This document shows positions 41,108 to 56,968 of a stretch of 64,000 bases of DNA, piece after piece; the first letter of the stretch is position 1, and each line of letters starts with the position of its first letter. The stretch is from Eledone cirrhosa (lineage: Eukaryota). The stretch lies in contig OZ024743.1 in assembly GCA_964016885.1 (NCBI GenBank), positions 256,432,001-256,496,000 on the forward strand, given 5' to 3'. A model generated the notes under the pieces. That model had not been told where the DNA came from. It saw nothing but the letters and a program-made list of their open reading frames with translations, and did no database searches. The translations under genes and the position numbers were made by a program.

Positions 41108-41690
41108 ATACTTTTGTGTCGCCACAGTGTCTTCCACGCCATGCTGCCCTCAACGAGGTCATAAAGCATGGCTTGGAGGCTGCAGGCTTTCCTTCCCAGC
41201 TCGAGCCGGTGGGACTGGACTGAGGAGATGGCAAAAGGCCAGATGGCATGACCATCTTCCCGTTCGGTGGTGGAAAACCCCTCGTCTGGGATGCTACATG
41301 CACCGACACTTTCTGCAGCCGCAACCTCGTGCAGTCTGCGACTAACCCAGGTTCTGCTGCACGTTGGTCTGAGGAGGCCAAACTCTTCAAATACTGGTCG
41401 TTCTCCGACAAGTTTGCGGTTGTACCCTTGAGAGTGGAAACTTCTGGTGTCCTCGGCCCTAGGGCTAACTCCCTACTCACCGCTATAGGCACTGAGCTGG
41501 CTAGCCGCAGGTATGAGCCCCGCGAGTTGGAGTGGCTTTTCCAGCGCATCTCCCTTGCCGTCCTCCGGGGAAATGCCTTCTCCATTCTGGCCGTCGGGGC
41601 TGTGGGGAGACAAGCCGATTATATTACGAATTCTGTTGAATAGTCCTATATATTGTGTAATCACCTACTTTTATATATTTGAACAAATAA
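41108..41690 (+). mobile_element. 3' fragment of a CRE-like non-LTR retrotransposon (restriction-like endonuclease)
   Basis: RHAALNE, EPVGL, KRPDG, LVWDATC, EEAKLFKY, PLRVETSGVLG, FQRISLAVLRGNA. Confidence 0.85.
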
Positions 41691-41714
41691 CACCTCCTGA
41701 TGTTGCAGCCAGTT

Positions 41715-42919
41715 AACTGCCAAAGGTTATGGCGTCACTTTCAGCTTGTATCTGGAGTCTAAAAGACAACCACACCCAATATAGGTTGCAGTGGGAGATC
41801 CTAGATGAGGCTAGATCGTATAACGGAAATAAAAGACCATGTGATCTTTGCGCCGCTGAAGCCCAGGAAATACTCTACGCCAATGACCACATCCTAAACA
41901 AAAAATCTGAGGCAATTTCGGCTTGTAAACACAATTTGCATAAAATTTTCCTGTATTACAGCCCCACATTATACCCTAACGGATAGTACGAACACTACGC
42001 GGATAATTTACGTCTTCATGTGGTAGCTAAGTATATTTTATGTTTATACCATTACTTATTTGTATAGGTAAGTATACCTACCCGCATGTTCTGTGAAGGT
42101 ACGTATACTTTCTCGTACGTATATTTGCTTGTATTTGTTATTGGTGAATATATTATATTATACATACTGGTACATGTCTATATGGTTATGTTTATACGTG
42201 TATTTTGCGTTTATGTATGTGTATGCGTGTTTGCACGTATGTAAGGTGTGTATATGTGTACATTGTATTTCGGTTGACGTACGTTTGGTGAACATATGTG
42301 TATTTACCTGTAGGTATGTGTGTACGTGCGCTATATACCTATTTATGTGTATATATTTACATACGTTTATACAAGTATATGTATACGCACACACCCTCAT
42401 ATATATATATATATATTTTCATGTGCAATTGGTGTTTACGTTCGATTGTGTGCGGGTACATGTGTCGCGCGTGATTATGTATGTGTGCGCGTATTTATGT
42501 GTACGTGCATGTATATGCATGCATGGCGGGTGTTTTCGCGAATGTACGTATATGGATGCGTGTATGTATATATTTAATTATTATTGATTTTAATAAACTC
42601 CGTCATATTCGTTCTACTAATTTATTTACATTATTCTTAACTCTGAAGCGCAGAATCATTCGGTTTCCTAAATAGAAAATTAGTCAACGACTTCCTTTAT
42701 ACCATAAACGTGGTTTTGTCTTTGCGTGTATTATCTTCATTTTTTTCCGTTCTTTGCCAGGGAATGTCTTCACGAACCAAAGTATCATCTTCCTGTTTTC
42801 CTTCGGTTGTAACTTTTTCCGAAATATTTCCTTCTGTGTTCACAGATTGAATTTTTTAGTTTCAGAAGATCCCGTTAAGGGTGAAAGCAGCGATTCTTTG
42901 CTTAATCTTTAAACTGTTA

Positions 42920-42925
<6 letters not shown>
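41715..42925 (+). mobile_element. Hydra-like PLE 3' fragment (GIY-YIG end at 41729-41986, then 3' region)
   Basis: SLSACIWSLKD, CDLCAAE, ILNKKSE..CKH; degenerate hammerhead core at ~42863-42890. Confidence 0.78.
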
Positions 42926-43002
<77 letters not shown>

Positions 43003-43032
43003 ATATACATATTCTATATATATTATATACAT

Positions 43033-43089
<57 letters not shown>

Positions 43090-43114
43090 CATATTCTATA
43101 TATATTATATACAT

Positions 43115-43169
<55 letters not shown>

Positions 43170-43194
43170 CATATTCTATATATATTATATACAT

Positions 43195-43250
<56 letters not shown>

Positions 43251-43267
43251 GAATATATATACATATA

Positions 43268-43357
<90 letters not shown>

Positions 43358-43545
43358 ACGTACATACATATATGTATTCAGACGTACAGTAGTATGTATA
43401 TATATATACATACATGCACACATATATATATATACGTATGGATTGAGTACTAAAAGTGAGAGATGAAACTTCGTTTCATTTTTTCCGTATATATATATAT
43501 ACACATATAATATTTATATATAATGTATATATATATATAATATAT

Positions 43546-43578
<33 letters not shown>

Positions 43579-43600
43579 GATAATATATATATATATATAG

Positions 43601-43634
<34 letters not shown>

Positions 43635-43679
43635 TAATATATATATATATATATAGATAATATATATATATATATATAG

Positions 43680-43740
<61 letters not shown>

Positions 43741-44011
43741 TATAAAATACATATATATGTATATAATATATATATATATATATATACTAATAAAAGGAAT
43801 TCCAACTTTGTCTGATTTACTCGTTTTATTTACAATCCTTTAAAATTACAATGAAATAGTATGGTAGAATATAAAATGTTAAGTGTTAATTGAACAAGTA
43901 CTTTCATGCTTTCACAATCTTCAGGTTCACATTCAGTGGTGACAGTCAGTTTGCAATTTACATATAATATATATATATATATATATTATATGTATATATA
44001 TAGTATATATG

Positions 44012-44043
<32 letters not shown>

Positions 44044-44124
44044 CATATATATATATATAAATTATATGTTTATATATATATATATATATAAATTATATGT
44101 ATATATACATATTATATATACATA

Positions 44125-44190
<66 letters not shown>

Positions 44191-44209
44191 TATATATATG
44201 TATATATAC

Positions 44210-44245
<36 letters not shown>

Positions 44246-44452
44246 TATATGTATATATATATGTATATATACATATGTATATATACATATATATATATAT
44301 ATTATATGTATATATATATGTATATATTTATATATATATATATATATACATATATATGTATATAAATATATTATATGTATATATATATGTATACATTTAT
44401 ATATATATATATATATATACATATATAAATATATATATATTATATGTAAATA

Positions 44453-44483
<31 letters not shown>
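42925..44483. repeat. Compound (TA)n field with higher-order interrupted units
   Basis: Long TA runs with repeated tattatatacatattc and gataat interruptions. Confidence 0.9.
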
Positions 44484-44484
44484 T

Positions 44485-44601
44485 AGACAGACACTGGTCT
44501 GTTGGAGATGCAGGATATGGCAGCGATAATGAGGGACAGAGACCGCTGGAGAGAACTCGTCCATGGATCTCGGGAATTTTACCCGCCTTAGATAGATAGA
44601 T
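44485..44601 (+). mobile_element. Extreme 3' end of an RTE-like LINE with (AGAT)n tail
   Basis: [24 protein letters not shown] followed by agatagataga. Confidence 0.6.
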
Positions 44602-44607
44602 ATATAT

Positions 44608-45046
44608 TAGAAAGTGAGGTTTTTTTTACAAAATGAAAAATAACCGAGGTGTCCTATACGAGTGAAAGTATAAAGAAAAAGAGATGAAATCGAAAATGCA
44701 ACTGAAGTCTTATTTTTTTAACAAATATATATATTTATTTGGTTCCTTTACCGGTTTCGCAGTTCTTCTGCTTTTCAAAAGGTGAGTTGAGATGGAGGCT
44801 CTGTGGTTTTTCTCACATCTGGTTGGTCTCAGAATGTTACTTGTTTTATATGGAAAAAGTGGCTCGAAATGCCAGGTTTTTCGAGAAGTAATTTGATTGG
44901 TTTGTCAATAATTATAATAAATTTCGCGCCAGTTCGCGTTACAATAGTTCTTCAAATAAGAGAGGGGGGGGGGGGGGGTTGTCACAGGTTGTTTTTTCAT
45001 ATATGAGTGTTTGAATTTCTTTTTACTTGAAAAAAGGAGGCTCACG
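44608..45046 (-). mobile_element. PLE 3' end with degenerate hammerhead at 44745-44782
   Basis: Minus strand: cctt TTGAAAA gcag aagaa ctgc GAAA CCGG TA aagg, then AATAAA. Confidence 0.55.
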
Positions 45047-46671
45047 AAGAAGGAAAAGCGAAGTAGTTACAGATGTTCAAGACCTTTAATAATAATGCTG
45101 TGATATATATTTCAATGACAACACTGGCCACACTGTTCTGTGTGCGAGTGTTGTGTCATCATCAGACAGCTTGTTACATAATAGGATTATGTTTCCGAGG
45201 CAATCCAAATTGAATCGACATGGGAATGGATGAATTGCGTGCTTTTGGGTTTTTCATCCGTTCCCTTGTGAGTACCAATTCACCCCCACCGGTCTGCGCA
45301 AGCGCATGTCCGAAGGAAGTTGACCATTAGCCACCGCAGATTTCAACGAAATTCGCTTAGTCAGTTCACCCTCTCAGCCAAACAATGGCCCACCCTTGCC
45401 TGTACCATATTTGACTGCTATCCATCACGACTGTGGCAGTCAGCCGAAAGCCAGAGGGGATGGGAGAGTGTTAGTTTTTACAGGTCATAATACTACCTCT
45501 CACTAAGCGTTGACAGTACGACTGACCATCAACTCATAATGGAAAATAAACTTAATTCTAGGTATTATGGTTTTACACTGGAAGTTAAGGGTGAGAGTTG
45601 GAAATAAAAATTACAAATTCAAATCCTAGATCAAATATCAGAAATTATAAATTAAACAATTAAAAAATTAACAATTAGAAATTAAATAATTAAAAAAATT
45701 TTCAAGTGATAATTCGGATTCAGGTGGGTAAAAATATAGACTGAAGTGAGTAAATAATATGGAGAGAGATGTTTAAGTAATAAGTTCTGAGAGGGGTTCT
45801 AGTGTCACAGTTACTCTATCCACATATTGAACGACAGTGCCGTACATTATAACGGAGGGCAAACTACAGGGTTCAAGGCATTAGTCAATCTGGTACACAG
45901 TCACAATTTCCATCACATGGAACAAAATCAAAGAAAAACAGACATAAATTACATATAATAAAAGAACAGAACCAATAGTGAATAAATGCAAAAACACAGA
46001 GTACATATATGCAAAATGATCCATATGATTGTCCACCTGTCCATGTATAGATTGAATTGAGGGGGCTTCTGTTCAAATGCGATTTGGTGCAGGAAAATAG
46101 GGGTTTATCTTATTTTTTGTTTCCGCATATTTATCCTACCGAAAGTTACTATTATGTCCGTCCAGTGTCAGGGGTTTCCATCCCCATGGTAGAGGGATTT
46201 TCCGGGGTAGCTCATGGTTGGTTCCTCTCTTCTCCACCATATCGGTTACATCGTAGAGCGCTCAACTAATTGGAGCTAAATTATTAGGGTAAATATTGAT
46301 GCAATTCAATTCAAGCACTCAACGTACTTTTTCCACATAGGAGTGACGGAGTAAATATCGAAGAAGGAAAAGCGAAGTAGTTTCAGATGTTCAAGTCCTT
46401 TAATAATAATGCTGTGATATATATTTAAATGACGACACTGGCCACACTGTTCTGTGTCCGAGTGTCGTGTCATCATCAGACAGCTTGTTACATAATAAGG
46501 TTATGTTTCCGAGGCAATCCAAATTGAATCGACATGGGAACGGATGAATTGCGTGCTTTTGGATTTTTCATCCGTTAACTACTTCGGTTTTCCTTATTCG
46601 ATATTTACTCCGTCACTCCTATGTGGAAAAAGTACGTTGAGTGCTTGAATTGAATTGCATCAATGTTTACC

Positions 46672-46676
<5 letters not shown>
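45047..46676 (-). mobile_element. Non-coding retrozyme-like / non-autonomous PLE: direct repeats ~45047-45261 and ~46359-46574, inverted piece ~46577-46676
   Basis: Repeats read directly; each direct repeat holds a hammerhead; no convincing ORF inside. Confidence 0.72.
45097..45170 (-). ncRNA. Intact minimal type I hammerhead (second copy at 46411-46484 has GAAA changed to TAAA)
   Basis: gctgt CTGATGA tgaca..tgtca tt GAAA TATATA TC acagc. Confidence 0.8.
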
Positions 46677-46715
<39 letters not shown>

Positions 46716-46720
<5 letters not shown>

Positions 46721-47672
46721 ATACTTGGGGAGGGTCATATTTGTGTAATAATATTGCCAGAATTAATAACAGAACACACTCACTGTTTGGTTGGTTTTCG
46801 CTTCTGTGTCTTTTATATCGGTTATTTTAATTTATTCGGTCCTCAATGTTACTATTGACTGACCAACGGTCAAAAATACAGATACAATATAGACACAAAC
46901 ACATATATATATTCTAACAAAGTTCTTTCCTTGCACATCTGCAACATCGTCAGTGGTGCTATTATGTTTCCTCCTGTTGTAGTGTATGCGTACGCCATCT
47001 TTATTTAGTCTATTTATTTATTTATTTTTTGTCTTCTCTGCGCATGCGTTTGCGTGTGTGTATAGTGTTTGATGTGTGTGCGTGTTTGGGTGACTGTGTA
47101 TTGGTTATTGTATTCTATCTTAGTTTACTAGTGTGTATTTATATGTGTTTGTTGTTATCGTGTTTGTGTATGTATGTATATATTTATTTATACTTCTTTT
47201 AGGTTAGTATTGTTTGTTTGGGTGTTGTTGTTATTCCATTCATTTTTTCTGTTTAGCCTTGGCCTTCTAAGTTCTATTTCGCTGGACCTTCTGATTTGCC
47301 TATCTGCTGGGTCATTTCTAAATAAACATACTAAACATACTAAATGGCGTAGGCATACAATACAACAGGAGGAAACATAATAGCACCACTGACGATGTTG
47401 CAGATGTGCAACGAAAAACCTTTGTTAGACTATATATATATGTGTTTGTGTCTATATTGTATCTGCATTTTTGACCGTTGGTCAGTCAATAGTAACATTG
47501 AGGACCGAATAAATTAAATTAACCGATATAAAGGACACAGAAGCGAAAACCAACCAAATAGTGAGTGTGTTCTGTTAATAATTCTGGCAATATTATTACA
47601 CAAGTATGATCCTCCCCAAGTATAACTATATTTGTTTCGACACACGATTTGATATCAAAAACCTCGCAAAAC
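46716..47672. mobile_element. Non-coding fold-back PLE end (arms ~46716-46998 and ~47344-47626, tail to 47672), related to the 54481 element
   Basis: Inverted repeat; core CTGACGA t gttgca gatg tgcaac GAAA at 47389-47416; termini similar to 54481-55411. Confidence 0.75.
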
Positions 47673-48942
47673 TATATATATATATATATATATAGGAACG
47701 AGTAGGACCCCGACGGCTGAACTCAAGCCGTTTCGACGGCTAATTTTGGACTAAATAAACATTTTTATCCTGGTATTTGAATAGCCCAGCTTCTCAGGGG
47801 GTAATTCCATATACGGTAAAAGTGATTGTCACAAGGATTGGTCAAAAGTTTGTTGTTGAGACATAATAATTCTATCATGGCAATTTGTGAAGGGAAGGGT
47901 AGATGAACCTGCCAGTAGAAGAAAGAGGGAGAGGGGGTGGAGGAAACCCAGTCGTGGTGCGTTGATAGTGCCAACTACAGCTGGGCATGAGGTCAAAGAA
48001 TATACTGGGGGGGAGGAAGTCGAAACAATAAGTAAAGCAATATGGGGTAAATATATAGAGAAATACCGAGAGTGTTAAAAAACAATTAAATGTCAAAAAA
48101 AAACAATTTCTGGTTACTATAACCTAAGGACAGCTATCAAGTCTCTCACTGGTACTGCTAGACTAAAGAAAGGTTTACTATGTGGGACGGAATTATAATG
48201 AGACCCTTTTAAGAGGTATAAGTAAACAACCGAATATATCTTAGGGTGACGGGTCAACAAGTGGGGGGCCAAAATATTAAAGAAACTACCACGAAATAAT
48301 AATTCAGAGTCCCGAGACCAGTACGAAATAAAGGTTTCTACCCCAGGCACGAGGCCAGCAACCACCCAGTGCCAAAAAAAAAACTAATACGAAATAATAA
48401 TTCAGAATCCCGAAAAAGAAAACTAATACTATCTCTAAGGGTGCCGCCACGATACAAAAATTCTAGTGCAAACTACATAAATGCTCGTACGAAGTATATG
48501 TAAAATTTGATACGGAAAATTAATTCAGAACCCCCCCCCCCAAAAAAAAAAATAAATACTGATATACGAGAAATTAAAGCAAAGATAACACTAAGAAATA
48601 TAGAAAGCACGGAAAAGGGGCAGCCATCGGATAAGAAGGCAAGTATCCGGGGTCTAACACATCTGCTATAAAAAGCGGCGTCGGCCAAATCTATCATAGA
48701 ATAGCGGAAGGTGGGTGGGGGTACTGAGGCTACAAAGGACCGAGGGGCTGCCTCGGGTGGGCGAGAAAATAAAAGGACGACGACAAAGAAAGAGGACTGG
48801 GGTGGAAGGACTAGGGAGGGATGGGGGGAAGAAGGAAATATAGAGGAAGTGATAAAAAGATATAAAAGAAATTGTTAAGTCTACCTTTACAAGCAGGGGT
48901 TACCCATTACAAAATCGGTAAGTGGGGTGTTATAGCCCTAGT

Positions 48943-50421
48943 CTACCCCCCCCGGTCATTATGGGGTTTGAGGGCGAGGTAAGTCCTACACAATCTGTGT
49001 TTACATGCAGTTACCAGTTCATCTTTCTGGTTTAGGAGTTGGTCCGTCGAAAACAGCATTTGTAAAGTTTCCTCCGAGCATAAATTGCACGGACGGCGTC
49101 CTCCCGTGTAAGAGTTAGCTCTGGACAGTATGCTCCAAGTGAGATCATAGGTAATATTGTTATCCTTGAGGTTCCATATGTGGACCGAAAGTGTAGTGGC
49201 GTGACGCCGGGCCGGGTTTCGGAAGGTATGTCTGTGTTGGTATAGCCGGGCCTTGAAGTCACATGCGGTTAATCCTATATAAGCTTTATTGGCGGTGTCC
49301 GTCCTCACGTTGCACTGGTAGATCACATTACGATCTCTGCATCTGTTGTCGAGGGGGCAAATGGATCCATCAGGACAGTTGCACTTCCTGGTCGGCTCTC
49401 CACTGCTATTTAGGTTATTTCTTCCATAGGGGTTGGGTTTTTTGTTGTTAGAGGAGACGATGTTTTGTGCAAAGTTTGGTGTGGTGCTGCAGGAGAGTTT
49501 GATGGTATTTTTGTTAATTATGTTGGGGTAGCGGTGTTGTAGTGGGAAGTGTTTTTCAATGAACGTAAAGAAGATTTTCCCGATAGGAGTTGTCACCTCG
49601 GCGTTGTGGGGGAGAATTAAACCATGTTACGTTGCGTGAGCGGCGGTGTCGCCTGCTGGTTCCGCTAATGGACGCTGGACAGTAGGATATTTCCTCCCGG
49701 AAACCACTCCGCTTGAGGGCCTGGTTGTAATAAGGCGCATGTTCCTCGAATATCTGCTCATTAACTGACAAACGAGATATGCGGAGGGAGATGTTTTTAA
49801 CCAGGTTATTGGTGATGTTCCTAGGATGGTTTGACCGGGGGTGGATGTAGTGCAGGTTGTCGTTAGGTTTCCTGTATGGGTAGTACAGATCATTATCGAG
49901 GTCAAGGGTAACGTCCAGGAAGTTTACTCGGGTCAGGTACGTTTGTAGGGTTATTTTAAATCCCCAGTCGCGGAAGAAGCTGATTAATTGTTTACGGACC
50001 CGATCTGTACTACTGGGGTTGTACCCTTTAAGGGTAAGGAGCCCATCATCACGGTACAATCCACCGCCGAATGCAGGAAACATATCGGTGTGTTTGGCTA
50101 TTAGGAATAATCCTGTAAGATCTGTGACCTCAGCCGAATCCGTCGCTCCCATACTGACGTCGAAGGGTGGGTCGGGAGCTCTCTTTATCCATTTGGAGTT
50201 GTCGAAGAGTAAGACTGTCTTCCTGTCGTGGAGGATGATGTTTCTTTCCTGGTCGGTGATGGGCACAAGTGTTTCGGCGAAGTCCAAGGCATCCGTAAGT
50301 AGCGGTAAAGTAATTGAAGCATAGTAACTCTCTATGTCAAACAGGATGAATTTAGTGTCTCGTTTTTCCTCCATATTGCTGAACCATGAGATTACTTCCT
50401 GGGTGTTGACCCACAGGCTAA
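48943..50421 (-). pseudogene. PLE RT + GIY-YIG with one frameshift near 49600
   Basis: FDIESYYASI, FDVSMGATDSAE, GLYRDDGL, CNCPDGSICPLDNRC, VIY..YIG, FKARLYQH, CNLC, CKH. Confidence 0.92.
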
Positions 50422-51164
50422 ATCTGAATTAATTTTCCGTATCAAATTTTACATATACTTCGTACGAGCATTTATGTAGTTTGCACTAGAATTTTTGTAT
50501 CGTGGCGGCACCCTTAGAGATAGTATTAGTTTTCTTTTTCGGAATTCTGAATTATTATTTCGTATTAGTTTATTTGTTTTGCACTGGGTGGTTGCTGGCC
50601 TTGTGCCTGGGGTAGAAACCTTTATTTCGTCCTGGTCTCGGGACTCTGAATTATTATTTCGTTGTAGTTTCTTTAATATTTTGCCCCCCCACACACACAC
50701 ACACTTGTTGACCCGTCACCCTAAGATATATTCGGTTGTTTATTTATACCTCTTAAAAGGGTCTCATTATAATTCCGTCCTACCTAGTAAACCTGTCATT
50801 AGTCTAGCAGTACCAGTGAGAGACTTGATAGCTGTCCTTAGGTTATAGTAACCAGAAATTTTTTTTTTTTACATTTAATTGTTTTTTAACACTCTCGGTA
50901 TTTCTCTATATATTTACCCCATATTGTTTTACTTATTGTTTCGACTTCCCCCCCCCCACTAGTATCTTCTTTGACCTCATGCCCAGCTGTAGTTGGCACT
51001 ATCAACGCACCACAACTGGGTTTCCTCCACCCCTCTCCCTCTTTCGTCTACTGGAAGGTTCAGCTACCCCTTACCTCCACATATTGCCATGGTAGAATTA
51101 TTATGTCTCAACAACAAACTTTTGACCAATCCTTGTGACAATCACTTTTACCATATATGGAATT

Positions 51165-51260
51165 ACCCCCTGAGAAGCTCGGCTATTCAAATACCAGGAT
51201 AAAAATGTTTATTTAGTCCATAATTAGCCGTCGAAACGGCTTGAGCTCAGCCGTCGGGGT
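51165..51260 (+). ncRNA. Hammerhead variant with CUGA-GA core (mirror at 47707-47802 minus; copy at 60584-60677)
   Basis: acccc CTGAGA ag.. cggcta..tagccg tc GAAA CGGCTtGAGCTCAGCCG TC ggggt: stems I, II and III all pair. Confidence 0.75.
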
Positions 51261-51351
51261 CCTACTCGTTCCTATTACCCACTCTACTACCCTAAGTATT
51301 GAGTACTTTGGTGCGTTATGTTCCACCTGGTTCCTTACCACATTTCCTTCG

Positions 51352-51386
<35 letters not shown>

Positions 51387-51388
<2 letters not shown>

Positions 51389-51481
51389 AAAATGTTAACC
51401 CCGACGGCAGAGATCAAGCCGTCTAGACGGCTATTTCTGGACGTTATGTTCTATCTGATTCCTTACCACACTCCTTTCGTT
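51387..51481. mobile_element. 95-bp derivative made only of the two termini of the 47695 family
   Basis: Short-end motif fused to long-end motif, TA flanks. Confidence 0.65.
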
Positions 51482-51530
51482 ATATATATATATATATTAA
51501 CATATATTTTATATCAAAAACCTCGCAAAA

Positions 51531-51611
<81 letters not shown>

Positions 51612-51675
51612 TATATATGTAAGGAGGGCATAGCGGACGTAAAAGGATGATGACATATATATATAATATATATAC

Positions 51676-52032
51676 ATCATCACCATCATCACCGTTTTAC
51701 TCCGTTCTTCCACGCTAGCATGGATCAGACGGGTTGTCCTGTTGTGGGCAGTGTCCGGTCAGGTGACCTTCTCTTGCTCATACGGGAACTGATTCTGGCT
51801 TGATTTCTACAGCTGGATGCCCTTCCTAACATAAACTCATTTACAGTGAGTAGTTGGTGCTTTTTTATGCAGTGGCGCCCCCACAACTACTTTGCAGTGG
51901 AATGATAGGTATTCTAGCCCTATCATCTCATTTCTACAGTTGAGTAAACTGGAGCAATGTGAAATAAAGTGTCTTGCTCAAGGAAAAAAACGTATCATCC
52001 CGTCTGAGAATCGAACTTTCGATTGCAAGCCC
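51676..52032 (-). mobile_element. CORE-SINE, variant tail
   Basis: Same head and CORE as the 12480 family. Confidence 0.8.
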
Positions 52033-52063
52033 AATGCTCTAACCACTAAGCCTTCATACATAT

Positions 52064-52179
<116 letters not shown>

Positions 52180-52218
52180 AGTATATATATATATATATAT
52201 ATATATATACGAGTCGGA

Positions 52219-52260
<42 letters not shown>

Positions 52261-52262
52261 GA

Positions 52263-54480
<2,218 letters not shown>

Positions 54481-55406
54481 TTGTTATACTTTGGGAGGGT
54501 CATATTGCCAATAAGAAACACACGCACCAGTTGCTTTAACTTCAATTTAATATATATTTATAAATTCATAAAATTACAAACTTATAAATTTCTGGTTGGT
54601 TGGTTGGTTCCACAACCAGATAGTTGTTTATATATAGTCATAGTTCTTTCGTCACACACTCTGTGACCTCTTCAGTGACTGGGGATTCCTTTCTTTGTTT
54701 CTGTGCCTCTCCTTTGTTCTGTCCTACGCTATTTTGTTTCTGTGTGTGTGTTGTGTGCTCAGTCTGCGCATGCGTCACATCCGGGTGTCTGTGTGTGTTT
54801 ATGTTCATTTATTTATTTGTTTATTTACATGTTACTGGTTGGTTGTTTGTTCTATGTGTGTGTGTGTTTTCATTTTGTCCTTAATTGTAAGTTGTGATGT
54901 TGCTGTTCCACTCATATTTTCTATTTAATTTTGGTTGTAATTCTTTTATGTTTATTGCCTCTGTAATTTGTCTAAACATTGCGTATTTTCTGTGTGTAGA
55001 TTCTATTTTTATGTCTATGTTCTCTAATTTACCCTTGTGTTCTAGCTTAGCATGTTGGTAGAGTACAGATGATTCTTTATTATCTTGAAGGTCTCGCCAG
55101 TGTTCATTTATCCGTTCCCCTACACTACGAGCTGTCTCACCTATGTACACTATATTTTTGTCTCTACATTGTCCTTCAGTACATCTTATGCTATACACTA
55201 CATTTCTAGTTTTACAGTTAATATGGGGGCTTATTTTACAGGTTACACATTTCTTATCTATACATGAGGGTCTTTGAAAAGGGTATGTCTTGCTAATAAG
55301 TGTTTTTACGGAGGTACCAGGTCTTTCTACCCTCCCAAAGTATAACAATATCGGTTTCAACACACGATTTCAGATAAAGAATCTTGCTAAACAAATTCAG
55401 AAACGA

Positions 55407-55411
<5 letters not shown>
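54481..55411 (-). mobile_element. 5'-truncated Nematis-like PLE (GIY-YIG ~54881-55325) with ~20-bp inverted end plus tail
   Basis: C..C..C linker, NVVYSIRC, YIGETARS..R..EH, RQITEAINI, LNRKYEW; ttgttatactttgggaggg inverted at ~55330-55348. Confidence 0.82.
54636..54680 (-). ncRNA. Minimal type I hammerhead
   Basis: agtca CTGAAGA g gtcaca gagtg tgtgac GAAA GAAC TA tgact. Confidence 0.75.
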
Positions 55412-55449
<38 letters not shown>

Positions 55450-56913
55450 AAATATTTACGAAATGGAAATGCGGGTATATAGAATTTATTAGGTAACAAT
55501 TGTTTCTATAGTGTATGAGTTACCTATACCTCGCTACTTGAATAATACACAAATATTATCAAAAACCGAAAGTACACTGTAGGCCAACACACCATGTCAT
55601 CAGACCTTTGTATTAGAATGATATGAAAATATTTTATACACTAGATAAAAGATGGAGAGAAGGGGAAGAGGGAAGTGAGTAAGGTGGAGGGAGTCTTAGG
55701 GTTTAAGACTGTCAGACTAGTAGAGATTGTGAAGAGAGAATGTTTTGGCAGCAGTTAGCTTAATGAGGCGTGCCAAGGTTGGCTGGGAAGTAAATTCTTC
55801 TAGTGGTGTTGTTCGGACAAAATTTGGTTAGAGGGGTCAAAGTAGTACAGTGTCACAGACAAGTTATTAGGGCTATTATAGTAGCAGGTTATTTCTAAAG
55901 GGGTCCAGAAAAACAGTGTTTAGTACTATTATTATAGAAAGCCATATCCAGTGTATAAACATACATTGACAGAAATTTGCAAACGTTGGTGTAAAAAGGT
56001 AACATTATATGCATTTAAAAAAAGAAAAAGTCGTTTTCAAACGATGGTTACAATATAGAGAACGTTCAATTTTGCTGTTCAAAAGTTTGTTTACCGACGT
56101 TAAAATGCAGTATATCTCTAAATTGCATAACTTGCAGAATCGATGATTTTGCTGATATGCAGGCGCAGCTGCAATAATTTGCCAATCAAGGGAGAACGCT
56201 TGATTGTTCCTCCGAAGCTGCCAGGCTTTATCGGCGAGGGTTGTTACGCAGCGCATTTTCTCGTGCCTGATCGAAGATCGATGTTGGTATAGGCGAGCCT
56301 TGAAAGAAGTTGCGGTACATCCGACGTAATACCATTTGTTGGTCCCGGAATTTATTGTACACCGGTAGACAATATTGCGTGCTAGGCACTGGTTATTCAG
56401 TGGGCACGTACCTGGTTTGGTGCAGTTACAACTATTTTTATGTTTTGCAGTAGAATCCTGGATAGTTTGGTGGGGTTGTGGTTGCGTGTTAGTGCGTTGT
56501 ATGTTGCTATGCTGGTGCGCTGAGTCATTAGGGATGTACTTATTCAGTATTGCTGAGTTGAGTTAATTCCGGGACCAACAAATGGTATTACGTCGGATGT
56601 ACCGCAACTTCTTTCAAGGCTCGCCTATACCAACATCGATCTTCGATCAGGCACGAGAAAATGCGCTCCGTAACAACCCTCGCCGATAAAGCCTGGCAGC
56701 TTCGGAGGAACAATCAAGCGTTCTCCCTTGATTGGCAAATTATTGCAGCTGCGCCTGCATATCAGCAAAATCATCGATTCTGCAAGTTATGCAATTTAGA
56801 GATATACTGCATTTTAACGTCGGTAAACAAACCTTTGAACAGCAAAATTGAACGTTCTCTATATTGTAACCATCGTTTGAAAACGACTTTTTCTTTTTTT
56901 AAATGCATATAAT

Positions 56914-56968
56914 TGTTTCTACTTTAGGCACAAGGCCAGCAATTACCCAGTGCATTACTGGTACTTTA
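56914..56968 (-). mobile_element. 55-bp 3' fragment of an OK/OR-like SINE with ~16-bp target-site duplication
   Basis: Matches ~37027-37083 in reverse; tttaaatgcatataat on both sides; absent from the left arm. Confidence 0.8.

Larger units (their letters stand above)
47695..51353 (-). mobile_element. 5'-truncated Hydra-like PLE with inverted pLTR copy (~50423-51272 vs ~47695-48529) and ~81-nt tail
   Basis: RT+EN on minus strand, ~840-bp inverted repeat, TA flanks. Confidence 0.9.
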
